DNA of 32,000 bases from Chlamydiales bacterium (GTDB taxonomy: Bacteria > Chlamydiota > Chlamydiia > Chlamydiales > SM23-39), in NCBI GenBank assembly GCA_965261025.1, contig OZ253438.1, forward strand, positions 540,001-572,000, read 5' to 3'. The translations under genes were made by a program, and so were the position numbers. Shown here piece after piece: positions 16,918 to 26,493 of this stretch (the stretch's first letter is position 1; every line of letters begins with the position of its first letter). The notes below the pieces were generated by a model. It worked only from the letters and a program-made list of their open reading frames with translations. It was not told the DNA's origin and searched no databases.

Positions 16918-16963
16918 CAGAAACGATTGCTTGATTGGGCAAGACAGCAAGGATTCGTTTCTG
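16918..16963 (+). promoter_or_regulatory. Long imperfect hairpin in the rpsO-pnp spacer (candidate rpsO attenuator and/or RNase III-type pnp leader structure)
   Basis: CAGAAACGATTGCTTG (16918-16933) pairs with CAAGGATTCGTTTCTG (16948-16963), 14 of 16 bp, around a 14-nt loop. It is followed by CTTTCTATTTTCTTCTT. Confidence 0.5.
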
Positions 16964-17034
16964 CTTTCTATTTTCTTCTTACAAGGGATTTTTGATAAAA
17001 GTCTTTAGCCCTAATTCACGAGGAGAATGATTCT

Positions 17035-19146
17035 ATGAATGCACAAAAACACACCATATTTTTAGAAAGTCAAGAAATTATTTTAGAAACAGGAGCTATA
17101 GCTCGCCAGGCTGGAGGATCTGTACTTCTTCATTCTGGAGATACTACTATTTTAGCAACGGCTTGCGCTTCTAAAGCCCCTTTGGAAGGGGTTAATTTTT
17201 TACCTCTGCGAGTAGATTATCAGGAAAAATTTTCTTCAGCAGGAAAGACCCTGGGTGGTTTTATCAAAAGAGAAGGTAGACCCACAGAAAGAGAGATTCT
17301 GGTAAGCCGGTTCATCGACCGTCCTATTCGTCCCTTATTTGAAGAAGGATACCATCATGATATACAACTTTTAGCTTATGTGTACTCTTTTGACCCATCT
17401 CATAAACCGGATGTATTGGCTATTTGTGCTGCTTCTTGTGCCCTTTGCCTTTCTGATATTCCTTTCAAAAAAAGTATAGGAGCTGTGAGGGTAGGAAGAG
17501 TCGAGGGAAAATGGGTTTTAAACCCCAGTGAGGAAATACTAAAAACCTCAGAGCTTGATTTGGTTTTAGCAGGAACTGAAGAAGCCATTTTGATGATTGA
17601 AGGATTTGCTGATTTTCTTACAGAAGAGCAAGTTCTAGAGGCCGTCGAATATGGCCATAAAGCTATCCAAAAAATCTGCCAAGAAATTGACGCTTTTACC
17701 AAAAAAGCGGGAAAACCAAAGTCATCTGAGCTTTTAAAACAGCTCCCCTCTTTACTTATAGAAGAAGCAAAAAAACTGGTTGAACCTGTACTAAAAAAAG
17801 CTCTTCAGATAGCAGAAAAAGGGGAAAGAGAAAAGGCTCTTTCTGAGATAGAGAAAAACCTTATAGACACGTTAAGCCCTTCTTCTGAAGAAGCCAAGTA
17901 TGATCCGCAACAGGTGATGTTGGCTTATAAAAAGATTCTTTCTTCTTCTATGAGAGATCAAATCTTGGAGAAAAAAGTTCGAATAGACGGAAGAAAAACT
18001 ACCGAGATCCGTTCTATTTCGGGAAAATCTTCTCTTTTCCCAAGAACTCATGGGAGCGCTCTCTTTACTAGAGGAGAAACACAATCTATAGCGGTTTGTA
18101 CTTTAGGGGGAGAAAGCATGGGACAGCGTTATGAAACCTTAGAAGGAGAAGGAGCTCACCGCTTTTATATGCAATATTTCTTTCCTCCTTTTTCTGTAGG
18201 AGAAGTAGGAAGAATGGGACCTCCAGGAAGAAGAGAGCTAGGCCATGGAAAACTTGCTGAAAGGGCTCTTGAAGCAACACTTCCTTCTGAAGAAGCTTTT
18301 CCGTATGTAATTCGCCTAGAATCTAATATTACAGAATCCAATGGCTCTTCTTCTATGGCCTCTGTTTGCGGAGGGTGTCTTGCTATGATGGATGCAGGAG
18401 TTCCTATTAAAAGACCTGTAGCAGGCATTGCAATGGGATTAATTTTAGAAGAGGATCGCTATGAAATCTTATCTGATATCTTGGGAGTAGAAGATGCTTT
18501 AGGGGATATGGATTTTAAAATTGCAGGAGATGAGAAGGGAATTACCGCTTTTCAAATGGATATTAAAGTAGAAGGTATTACCCCCTCCATCATGAAACAA
18601 GCTCTTTTTCAGGCAAAAGAAGGAAGAATTCATATTTTACAAGAAATGTTAAAGATCCTTTCTAGTTCTAGAGAAGAGCTCTCTGAACACGCTCCCAGAA
18701 TTGAAAGAATACAGATTAACCCAAATAAGATCGCTATAGTGATAGGCCCTGGCGGAAAACAAATTAGGGCTATCATAGAAGAAACAGGGGTGGATATTAA
18801 CATTAACGATAGCGGTATAGTAAGTATAGCTTCAAATAATCCAGAGGCTATGGAGAAAGCAAAAAATATTATTCATGGACTAACTGCAGAGGCAGAAAAA
18901 GGAAAGGTCTATAAAGGGAAAATTACCTCTATTGTTTCCTTTGGACTTTTCGTAGAGATTCTTCCTGGAAAAGAAGGTCTTTGCCATATTTCCCAAATAT
19001 CTCATTCTCGTATTCAAGGAGAAGAAGAGCTAAAAAAGAGGTTCAAAGTGGGAGATCTTTTAGAGGTAAAAGTCACAGATATCACAGACAAAGGAGTCCA
19101 GCTTAGCCATAAGGTACTTCTTGCTACCGAAAACCTTACAACATAA
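17035..19146 (+). CDS. pnp: Polyribonucleotide nucleotidyltransferase (PNPase)
   Basis: There are two RNase PH-like domains, with the motifs (F)SVGE and HGKLAERAL. KH (GPGGKQIR) and S1 (G.ITSIVSFGLFVEILPGKEGLCHISQ) domains follow. GAGGAG lies 9 nt upstream of the ATG. Confidence 0.95.
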   Translation: MNAQKHTIFLESQEIILETGAIARQAGGSVLLHSGDTTILATACASKAPLEGVNFLPLRVDYQEKFSSAGKTLGGFIKREGRPTEREILVSRFIDRPIRPLFEEGYHHDIQLLAYVYSFDPSHKPDVLAICAASCALCLSDIPFKKSIGAVRVGRVEGKWVLNPSEEILKTSELDLVLAGTEEAILMIEGFADFLTEEQVLEAVEYGHKAIQKICQEIDAFTKKAGKPKSSELLKQLPSLLIEEAKKLVEPVLKKALQIAEKGEREKALSEIEKNLIDTLSPSSEEAKYDPQQVMLAYKKILSSSMRDQILEKKVRIDGRKTTEIRSISGKSSLFPRTHGSALFTRGETQSIAVCTLGGESMGQRYETLEGEGAHRFYMQYFFPPFSVGEVGRMGPPGRRELGHGKLAERALEATLPSEEAFPYVIRLESNITESNGSSSMASVCGGCLAMMDAGVPIKRPVAGIAMGLILEEDRYEILSDILGVEDALGDMDFKIAGDEKGITAFQMDIKVEGITPSIMKQALFQAKEGRIHILQEMLKILSSSREELSEHAPRIERIQINPNKIAIVIGPGGKQIRAIIEETGVDININDSGIVSIASNNPEAMEKAKNIIHGLTAEAEKGKVYKGKITSIVSFGLFVEILPGKEGLCHISQISHSRIQGEEELKKRFKVGDLLEVKVTDITDKGVQLSHKVLLATENLTT

Positions 19147-19176
19147 AAAAGGATCCCCCTTTTTTTTTCGTATCAC

Positions 19177-19210
19177 AAAAAAACCACCCATCAGACTGGG
19201 TGGTTTTTTT
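19177..19210. terminator. Bidirectional rho-independent terminator between convergent pnp and ftsH
   Basis: A7 (19177-19183), CCACCCA (19184-19190), loop TCAGAC, TGGGTGG (19197-19203), T7 (19204-19210). A weaker A/T-rich hairpin (19145-19165, A6GG/CCT6) directly follows the pnp stop. Confidence 0.85.
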
Positions 19211-19223
19211 GGGTCTGAGGCTT

Positions 19224-21953
19224 TTAAGAAATCCCCGGTTCTAAAGGGGGGGGGCCTCCCTCAGGAAGTTTTGGAGGAGGAGGGGGGGGGGTTCCGTAGA
19301 GTTTTTTCTCTTCTTTCAAGCGCTCCCTTTTCTTTTCTGAATCCCAGGTTCCTTCCATGATTTCTTTGATATCATCTGCTTCAAGTGTTTCAAATTCCAT
19401 GAGCATGCTTACCATAAGCTCTATTTTCTCTTTATTTTCTTCCACAATCTTCACTGCCTGCTTATAAGCCGCTTGTACCAGAAGATAAATCTCTTGATCA
19501 ATCTTCTTTGCAGTCTCTTCAGAATAAACTTTGTCGTGATAGTCTTTCATTCCCAGGTATTTTCCTGATTCACTTCTTTCATCATAAGAAACAAGACCTA
19601 GAATCTCACTCATTCCCCATTCACAAACCATACTTCTTGCCAAATGCGTTGCTTGTGCAATATCTTGCTGGGCCCCCGAAGACATGTCTTTTACAAATAC
19701 CTCTTCGGCAGCTCTTCCCCCCATCAAAACAGCCAAAAGATCCAAAGCCTCTTTTTTCCAATAACCCAACCGATTTTTCTTCGGCATAAAATGCGTAGCT
19801 CCTAAAGACATACCTCTAGGAATGATGGTAACCTTATCAACAGGATCAGAGTTTTCCACTTTTAGTCCTACAATAGCATGTCCTGCTTCATGATATGCTG
19901 TCCTTTTTCTCTCTTCTTCATCCATTTCCAGGCTTCTTCTTTCTTTACCAAAACGAACTTTATCACAAGCCTCTTTTACCTCCCCACTGGTAACAGAGGC
20001 TTTTCCTCTTCTCGCAGCCAAAAGAGCGGCTTCATTCAAAATATTTTCTAAATCAGCTCCTGAAGCACCTGGTGTATTCCGAGCAATATCCATGAGCTCC
20101 ACTTTAGAATCTATTTTAATCCTACGAGCATGAACCTTTAGGATTTCAAAACGCCCTTTCACATCAGGAAGATCCAATACTACTCTTCGATCAAATCTCC
20201 CTGGTCTTAAAAGAGCTCTGTCTAAGATATCTGGCCTGTTAGTTGCAGCCATAAGAATAACCCCTTCCCTCGTATCAAATCCGTCCATCTCTACTAGAAG
20301 TTGGTTCAAAGTCTGCTCTCTTTCGTCATGGCCTCCCCCAATTCCAGCCCCTCTATGTCTTCCAACTGCATCAATCTCATCCATGAATATGATGCAAGGA
20401 GCATTTTTTTTTGCCTGATCAAACATATCTCGAATCCGGCTAGCTCCTACCCCTACAAACATCTCTACAAAATCAGAACCAGAAATAGAGAAAAAAGGGC
20501 GATTGGCCTCTCCTGCTACTGCTTTAGCTACTAAAGTCTTTCCAGTCCCTGGAGATCCTACTAATAAAACCCCCTTCGGAATCCTAGCTCCTAAAGCTGT
20601 AAATTTAGAAGGGTCTTTCAAGAAATCAACAATTTCTTTTAGCTCCTCCTTAGCTTCTTCAGCACCTGCTACATCTTTAAAAGTCACTTTATTCGATTCT
20701 TTAGTAAGCAGTTTTGCAGGAGATTTTCCAAAATTCATGGCCCCAGAGCCTACCCCTTTCATCTGTCTTGAAAAAACAAAATAGAGCAAAAAGAGCAAAA
20801 TAAGAACGGGAAGAAAGGTAAATAGATAGCTTAAATAGTTTGGGGAGGGCTCTTGGCTTTTAAATTGTTTTTCTAAGACCCTATTCCTAGGTTGATCTGG
20901 CGCTTTGAAGGAAAGCCCCTTGTTCTTAGCGAAATTATTCCACTCTTCTATAGCGCCGTTATACCAGTGATGAAACTTTTCTGTATCCTGCTTTTCTAAA
21001 GCGGTAGTAGAGAGTTCTTCATTATTAAAAAACCAAATAACATCTGCTACCTTCTGCCTTGCCTTATTCAAAAGAACTTCATTTTCTCCTAGCTCTTGGG
21101 ATATAACCCCATACTGGTCTATATGTTCAACATAAGAGCGAACGGCTCTTAGCCCAAGCAGCCTAATTCCCTCTTCCGATTGATTCAAACGCTTACTTAG
21201 ACGGAGGAGATGGTTCAAAACAAGACCATACTGCTCAAGCTTCTCGCTAGAGGCAGAGGAGGATTTTGCTTTGGTAAGGTCATTTTCTAACCCCTTTAGC
21301 TCCCTCTTAAGGTTTTCATCTCCTACCCCTAAAGTAGGAGAGAGAAAAAGCTTGACCAAAGTAGAAAGCCTTACTCCAAAAGAAGAAACTTTATCTAAAG
21401 AGCTGCCCTGCAAAAGGACTTTATACTCCCTTTCGAGATTAGTAAGACAATCAGGATCTTTTTTTACAGATCTCTTCAAAAGAATCTCATTTGACCTATC
21501 CGAGGTATTATACATAGCTCCCACTACTGAATACCCCGATTCTAGGACAGAAAACCCTGTGATTCTTAGAAAGAAAAGTGCAGCTTGCCTAGCTTGTTCT
21601 TCCCCTTTTTCCAAGCTCTGAAAAAGGACGCCTTTTTCTCTAGAAAGCTCATGATTTTTCTGTAAAAGCCGTAAATACTGAATTCTGTCTTGCCCTCTTT
21701 CACTCTCTTGCTCCTTAAATTTTCCACTGAAAGTAACTAGGCTATCATTCAAAGCGGTTTTTTTATTTTCTTCCGGATGAACGAGATCTAAATTAACTAA
21801 ATGCTCTAACTGGTGGCTAAAGGAAACTCTACCCGACTTATCGGAAGAGACCGATTGAAATGTCAGCAAAACTACCATACCTATTAAAACTAAAAGAAAG
21901 AAGCCTCCGGGAAAGCCTCTTTTTTCGGGTCTTTTACGATTATCTTTATTCAT
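19224..21953 (-). CDS. ftsH: ATP-dependent zinc metalloprotease FtsH, long form with a roughly 340-aa extracytoplasmic insert and a Pro-rich C-terminal tail
   Basis: Two TM segments flank a large N-terminal domain. Walker A is GSPGTGKTL, Walker B is IIFMDEID, the SRH is present, and the zinc motif is HEAGHA. The tail reads [23 protein letters not shown]. Confidence 0.95.
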   Translation of the reverse strand: MNKDNRKRPEKRGFPGGFFLLVLIGMVVLLTFQSVSSDKSGRVSFSHQLEHLVNLDLVHPEENKKTALNDSLVTFSGKFKEQESERGQDRIQYLRLLQKNHELSREKGVLFQSLEKGEEQARQAALFFLRITGFSVLESGYSVVGAMYNTSDRSNEILLKRSVKKDPDCLTNLEREYKVLLQGSSLDKVSSFGVRLSTLVKLFLSPTLGVGDENLKRELKGLENDLTKAKSSSASSEKLEQYGLVLNHLLRLSKRLNQSEEGIRLLGLRAVRSYVEHIDQYGVISQELGENEVLLNKARQKVADVIWFFNNEELSTTALEKQDTEKFHHWYNGAIEEWNNFAKNKGLSFKAPDQPRNRVLEKQFKSQEPSPNYLSYLFTFLPVLILLFLLYFVFSRQMKGVGSGAMNFGKSPAKLLTKESNKVTFKDVAGAEEAKEELKEIVDFLKDPSKFTALGARIPKGVLLVGSPGTGKTLVAKAVAGEANRPFFSISGSDFVEMFVGVGASRIRDMFDQAKKNAPCIIFMDEIDAVGRHRGAGIGGGHDEREQTLNQLLVEMDGFDTREGVILMAATNRPDILDRALLRPGRFDRRVVLDLPDVKGRFEILKVHARRIKIDSKVELMDIARNTPGASGADLENILNEAALLAARRGKASVTSGEVKEACDKVRFGKERRSLEMDEEERKRTAYHEAGHAIVGLKVENSDPVDKVTIIPRGMSLGATHFMPKKNRLGYWKKEALDLLAVLMGGRAAEEVFVKDMSSGAQQDIAQATHLARSMVCEWGMSEILGLVSYDERSESGKYLGMKDYHDKVYSEETAKKIDQEIYLLVQAAYKQAVKIVEENKEKIELMVSMLMEFETLEADDIKEIMEGTWDSEKKRERLKEEKKLYGTPPPPPPKLPEGGPPPLEPGIS

Positions 21954-22178
21954 ATTGCAAACAAAAGGGGTTGATTTTTCTCTAAACGGCAGTCCTTAAA
22001 ATATGGCATATCCCAACGATCTTAACTCCAGAGCCTCCTACGAGGAGGCCAAAAACACTACCTTCTCTTATATATTTTAATAACATTAAAAGTTAAATAA
22101 AATAAAGCTTTTATTTAATAAAACGAAATTAAACGGAAATTAATCCACGTAAGGTTTTGTAAAAAATTACAAATAAAC

Positions 22179-23171
22179 CTATTCTTTAGTCTCTTTCCGG
22201 ACCAAGCCTTTTTCTTCTGCGGAAAGGGCTTTTCCTTTCTTATACCATAAAAGTCTCTTCTTATTCCAAAAAATATTCTCTCCTATCTGAAAAGTCTGTT
22301 TTCTTTGCCAAAATGCCTCCAACAACCTTTCCTCTTCTTGTCGTAAAAGAGTCTTACCAAAAAAACAGCATAGCAGATACCGGGTTTCCCAACGGGAAAG
22401 AGGAGGTAGCTTCTCTATAAAAAGTATCTTTACTAAAGGAGTTTCTTCTTGGGCTAATTTCAATATCGGAAACACCTTCTCCTGGAGATGCTGCTTCATT
22501 TCAGAAGACTGCTTTGATAAAAAACATAAAGGATTTCTTGGGTTTTTCCCAAATTCCTTCTCCAAGAAAGGGAATATTTTCTTTCTGAGTCTAGTTCGCA
22601 AAAAATGAGGGTCTTCATTTGTCTCATCCACTAAAAAGGAGCTTTTTTCCACTAAAAGAAAATTCTCTAAGTCTTTTTTAGTAAAGCCAAGAAAAGGACG
22701 AAATAGCTTCATATTCAAAAAAAAAGAGATAGGCTTCATCCCTTCTAAATGAAAAAGACGAGCTCCTTCCAAAACCCGCTTTAAAACCGTTTCTGCTAAA
22801 TCATCTGCATGATGAGCGAGCAAAACCGCTTCATACTCCTGCTTTTTTTGTAGAGAAGAAAAAAATTGATATCGAAAATCTCTAGAGGAAGCCTCCAGAT
22901 TTTTATCTTCTCTAAAGGGTTTTCGGGCAAAGTGAAAGATTAGCCCCTTTTCTTCCGCTTTTTTTTGAAGAAGTAAAGCCTCTTTTGCACTAGACTCTCT
23001 CCATCCATGATCTACATGAGCAAGATGCAAGCAAAAATCTTTCTTTTTTTTACACTGCAAAAGCGCTTGTAAAAGCGCTTGAGAATCTCCTCCTCCAGAA
23101 TAAGCGAGAAGAAGGGGTTTTTTATAGGAAAAATATTTTTGTAAAAATTGGGATAAAAAAAAAGAGAGCAT
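22179..23171 (-). CDS. tilS: tRNA(Ile)-lysidine synthase
   Basis: The PP-loop AYSGGGDSQAL, the motif HVDHGWR and the motif LAHHADD are present. The first ATG is at 23171; the ORF-track start at 23174 is a TTG. Confidence 0.85.
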   Translation of the reverse strand: MLSFFLSQFLQKYFSYKKPLLLAYSGGGDSQALLQALLQCKKKKDFCLHLAHVDHGWRESSAKEALLLQKKAEEKGLIFHFARKPFREDKNLEASSRDFRYQFFSSLQKKQEYEAVLLAHHADDLAETVLKRVLEGARLFHLEGMKPISFFLNMKLFRPFLGFTKKDLENFLLVEKSSFLVDETNEDPHFLRTRLRKKIFPFLEKEFGKNPRNPLCFLSKQSSEMKQHLQEKVFPILKLAQEETPLVKILFIEKLPPLSRWETRYLLCCFFGKTLLRQEEERLLEAFWQRKQTFQIGENIFWNKKRLLWYKKGKALSAEEKGLVRKETKE

Positions 23172-23266
23172 CAAAAGGAGTCTTTTACCTAGTTCTAGAA
23201 AAACGGTTTCCTAAAATAACTACTTAGAGCCATGATAGCCTTTAAGAGCCATTTAAACCAGCTTTT

Positions 23267-24346
23267 ATGCCCCTTTTTTGGACTTATCTTTTAAAGAAAT
23301 ATTTTCGTGTTTTTACCCTTTCTACTTTTGGGTTTATTACTATTTTGATGTCGGCAAAACTAAAAGATATAGCCCAATTTTCCGTTCTCTCTTCTAGTCT
23401 GAAAAATACCCTGCTGTTTGCATTACTTCAGACCCCCCATATCTTGTCTATAGCTCTTCCTATTTCTTCTCTTATTGCCTCTTTTACTTTGTTTCGCCAT
23501 CTAACTCTTTCTTCTGAAATTACGGCTCTTCGCTGTTTTAAAATGAGCCTTTTGCCTATATATGCTCCTATCTTTATCGCCTCTTTTTTCCTTTTTTTAT
23601 CCCACTTTTATATCTGTTCTGAGCTGACTACCTACTCCAAGCATAAATCAAGAGAGATGGTACTAAAAAGCACTACGGAAAACCCTCTGCTTCTTTTAAA
23701 AAGACAAAAGCTTTTGAGGCTTCCTAAAAGCTATATCGACTTTACGTTGAGTAGCGATGGAAAAAGAGCACAAAATATGACGCTTATCTTCAAAAATCCT
23801 GATACTAAAGGGCTCTTACTAGTCTCGGCAAAGAAAATGCTTTTAAAAAAGCAAAACCTAATAGGGGAAAAATGCTCTTTTTTATCTACTTTTAAACCGA
23901 CAAAGGAAGGGTTTGATAAAATTATTTTGGAAAACCAAGAAACTATTACCTCCTACGCCCCAGAGATCTCTTCTTTTATGAAAAAGAGTAAAGAAAGAAT
24001 GAATGCCACTTCTCTACCTTTAAGGATCCTACTTTTGTATTCGGAAAAAACAGAAAAAATGGCTTCTTTTTTAAAAGAGCTCACAAGAAGATTTTCCCTT
24101 GCTTTTTCCGTAATTTCCTTTACCTTCGTAGGATTTTGTTTTAGCCTATCCCTTTCTCGTTTTGTCTCTTTCAAAAAACTATTTCAACTCTCTCTTCTTG
24201 TTTTATTTTTTTTTCTCTCTTATTTCCTGGCAAAAGGATGGAAAGTCTCCTTCTTTTTTTCTATTTCCCTCTTTATCTTGCCTCATTTTATTTTATTTTT
24301 CTTTGGGGCTTTTTCCCTACTTAAAATCAGAAGGGGTATTGAATGA
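23267..24346 (+). CDS. lptF: LPS export ABC permease, YjgP/YjgQ family (LptF-like)
   Basis: The N-terminus L.KYF.....F..... matches the family. The topology is 3 TM, a soluble loop, then 3 TM. It is paired with a paralog through an ATGA overlap. The F-versus-G assignment is by order only. Confidence 0.65.
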   Translation: MPLFWTYLLKKYFRVFTLSTFGFITILMSAKLKDIAQFSVLSSSLKNTLLFALLQTPHILSIALPISSLIASFTLFRHLTLSSEITALRCFKMSLLPIYAPIFIASFFLFLSHFYICSELTTYSKHKSREMVLKSTTENPLLLLKRQKLLRLPKSYIDFTLSSDGKRAQNMTLIFKNPDTKGLLLVSAKKMLLKKQNLIGEKCSFLSTFKPTKEGFDKIILENQETITSYAPEISSFMKKSKERMNATSLPLRILLLYSEKTEKMASFLKELTRRFSLAFSVISFTFVGFCFSLSLSRFVSFKKLFQLSLLVLFFFLSYFLAKGWKVSFFFSISLFILPHFILFFFGAFSLLKIRRGIE

Positions 24347-25437
24347 GGTTCTTTTTTTGGCAAAGAAAGTGGCTTCAAAAGCTTTTCCTTTCTTTTATTT
24401 TTCTTTTATCTCTCTTTTTTTTCCTATTTCTCTTGGTAGATATGAGTTTAGGCGGTGGGAAACTGTTGAACCGCTCTAGTTTTTCTTTTGCCTCTTTTTT
24501 TCTGTATTATCTATGTCAATTTAGCCTTTACTTAGACCTTTTTTTCCCTGCCAGCTGCTTATTAACCTTGGTTCACTTTCTCATAAAAAAAAGAAATCAC
24601 CTAGAAATTGCTGGGTTACAAATAGCGGGCTTTAGCAGAAGGGAGCTTTTTCTTCCTTTTCTTTTTTTTTCCTTTATCCTAATGCTTTTCTTATATGGTC
24701 ATATGCAGTGGGGCCTACCAAAATCAGCACAATATCTGCAAGCTTTCCAAAAGGAAAAAAAGGGGTTATTTACTCTCCCTTTAAGGGATGGATCTAAACT
24801 GGTTTTTGAAAGATATGTTCCTTCTTTGCATAAAATCTTTGATGCTTTTTGGATAAAAAATCCTGATGAGATTTGGCATCTTCACTCCCTTTCCACTGGA
24901 AAAGAAAAAGAGGGGTTTTATGCAGATCGTTTTTTACGAAATGAAAAGGGTTTTTTAACAAAAACGGTTTCCCTAACAAAGATTTCTTTTCCCTCATTTA
25001 CCCTTCCTCAAAAACTCCTTTTCCTCCCCACAAAATTTCAACCTCTTTCGCTTCTTTACCAGCAGACCCAAAAAACCTCTCTGCTTTTTGAAGAAGATAC
25101 TTCCCTTTTACATACTTCCCTTTTCCATCACCTAAGCTCTCCTCTTCTTTTACCCCTTCTTGCTTTTGCTATTTTTCCTTTTTTTCTTTCTTTTCAAAGA
25201 AGAAATATCCATTTTCTTTTCTACGCTTTTTCTCTATTAGGATTTATCCTTTTTGAAGCCCTTTTAAATTCCCTTTTGATTTTTAGTGAAAACGGGGTTT
25301 TTTCTCCCTCTTTAGCTATTTTTTCTCTCTACGGCCTTTCCTTTCTGTTTTTTTCTTTTTTCTACTTTTTCCCTCCTGTTAAAAGGAGAAACTTCAATTT
25401 TTCTTTGAAAAGAAAAGAAAGCCTTTCTATGTTTTAG
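24343..25437 (+). CDS. lptG: LPS export ABC permease, YjgP/YjgQ family (LptG-like)
   Basis: It has the same architecture as the upstream paralog and is translationally coupled to it. Confidence 0.6.
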   Translation: MRFFFWQRKWLQKLFLSFIFLLSLFFFLFLLVDMSLGGGKLLNRSSFSFASFFLYYLCQFSLYLDLFFPASCLLTLVHFLIKKRNHLEIAGLQIAGFSRRELFLPFLFFSFILMLFLYGHMQWGLPKSAQYLQAFQKEKKGLFTLPLRDGSKLVFERYVPSLHKIFDAFWIKNPDEIWHLHSLSTGKEKEGFYADRFLRNEKGFLTKTVSLTKISFPSFTLPQKLLFLPTKFQPLSLLYQQTQKTSLLFEEDTSLLHTSLFHHLSSPLLLPLLAFAIFPFFLSFQRRNIHFLFYAFSLLGFILFEALLNSLLIFSENGVFSPSLAIFSLYGLSFLFFSFFYFFPPVKRRNFNFSLKRKESLSMF

Positions 25438-25452
25438 AAAAGGGTCTTCTTT

Positions 25453-26493
25453 ATGAAATTTTTCTTCTTTTGTCTCAGTCTTATCTCTTTTCTATTTGCA
25501 GAGAGTCTTCCTAGAAAAGAAACCCTTGTAAAACCAAAAAAAAATGCCCCTCCCATGATAGAGGGATATAATGCTCCTTCTAGAATTGATCTAAGGTCTA
25601 GTTGGAACCTTTTTTTTGGAGGAGGAGCGCTTTACCAGATAGCAAAAGAAAGAGGGCTTGACTTCACGCTCTCTGATGTGACTTCTACTTCCACTTTAGT
25701 CTTCGGAAAAAAACTGGAGCCTGATTACAAATTCAAGCTCGGATTTAGTGCTCTTTTTGGGTTTTTTACAGATTTTGATAATTGGGATTTTCAGGCAGCA
25801 TTCTTTCGCTATCATCCTCATATTACCACTTCAGTAAACGCCCTACCCACAGGAGCTTTAGTTATGCGCTGGTTTTCCTCTTCTCCTAGGGCCTCTTCTG
25901 CTGTTTCTAGGTGGAATCTTCTATGGAATCAAGTAGATACAGAGATGGGGCGATCTTTTTTTGTAGGGAAAGAGCTTTCTATGAGGCCTTTTTTAGGTCC
26001 CCGCCTTCTTTGGGGAAAGCAAAGATATAAGATTTCTGCCTCTATTTCTGATTTAGACGGACAAGAGAAAATTTCTAGAAATACCAGCCAATATTGGTGC
26101 TTGGGGCCAAGACTTGGGCTTTGTAGTAACTGGCATCTTACCAAAAGTTTTACTATACAGGGAAAGCTGGCCTCTTCTTTCATTTACGAAAAAAACCGAG
26201 TTCACGCTGTTATCGACGATGCCACCACAAGCTCTTTTCAAAAAAGTTTTGATGTAAAAACCCTCTACCGTGAGATAAAACCCCAACTAGATGCTAGAAT
26301 AGGGATCCATTGTGGAACCTATTTTTCTCATTACAAATGGCACTTTAAACTTCTTTTGGACTATGTTTTCCAGATCTTTTGGGAAGAGAATAAGATGAGA
26401 GCCTTAGTGGATGAGCTAGTAGCTCAAACTGGGGCAAGCCCTGGAGCCTTAAGTATACACGGAGCAAACGTCTCCTTAGAATTTAGTTTCTAA
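25453..26493 (+). CDS. Secreted beta-barrel outer membrane protein, Legionella/Chlamydia MOMP-like
   Basis: The signal peptide is MKFFFFCLSLISFLFA/E. The C-terminus VSLEFSF ends in Phe, a beta-barrel targeting signature. Amphipathic beta-strand patterning is present. ALYQIAKERGLDF resembles the LYW.A.E.GL.Y motif remembered from that family. Confidence 0.55.
   Translation: MKFFFFCLSLISFLFAESLPRKETLVKPKKNAPPMIEGYNAPSRIDLRSSWNLFFGGGALYQIAKERGLDFTLSDVTSTSTLVFGKKLEPDYKFKLGFSALFGFFTDFDNWDFQAAFFRYHPHITTSVNALPTGALVMRWFSSSPRASSAVSRWNLLWNQVDTEMGRSFFVGKELSMRPFLGPRLLWGKQRYKISASISDLDGQEKISRNTSQYWCLGPRLGLCSNWHLTKSFTIQGKLASSFIYEKNRVHAVIDDATTSSFQKSFDVKTLYREIKPQLDARIGIHCGTYFSHYKWHFKLLLDYVFQIFWEENKMRALVDELVAQTGASPGALSIHGANVSLEFSF

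Noticed and set aside
17400-18428. Several 64-100-aa antisense ORFs inside pnp, with similar ones inside ftsH, lptF/G, ffh, prfA, the OMP gene and the Nudix gene
   Set aside because: All lie antisense or out of frame within strongly supported genes. They have skewed composition and no start context.
19121-19360. 79-aa plus-strand ORF crossing the pnp stop, the terminator and the ftsH 3' end
   Set aside because: It starts at a TTG, reads through a strong terminator hairpin and runs antisense to the ftsH poly-Pro tail. It is an artefact of the G-tracts.
22033-22049. GC-rich hairpin GCCTCCT-ACG-AGGAGGC considered as the tilS terminator
   Set aside because: On the transcribed (minus) strand the U-run precedes rather than follows the stem. 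On the plus strand an A-run follows the stem. It is therefore not a canonical intrinsic terminator in either direction, and it is kept only as a leader structure.
23953-24479. Overlapping ORFs (73 aa minus strand, 105 aa plus strand) at the lptF/lptG junction
   Set aside because: These are out-of-frame or antisense products of T-rich membrane-protein coding sequence. The ATGA-coupled lptF/lptG reading frames account for the region.
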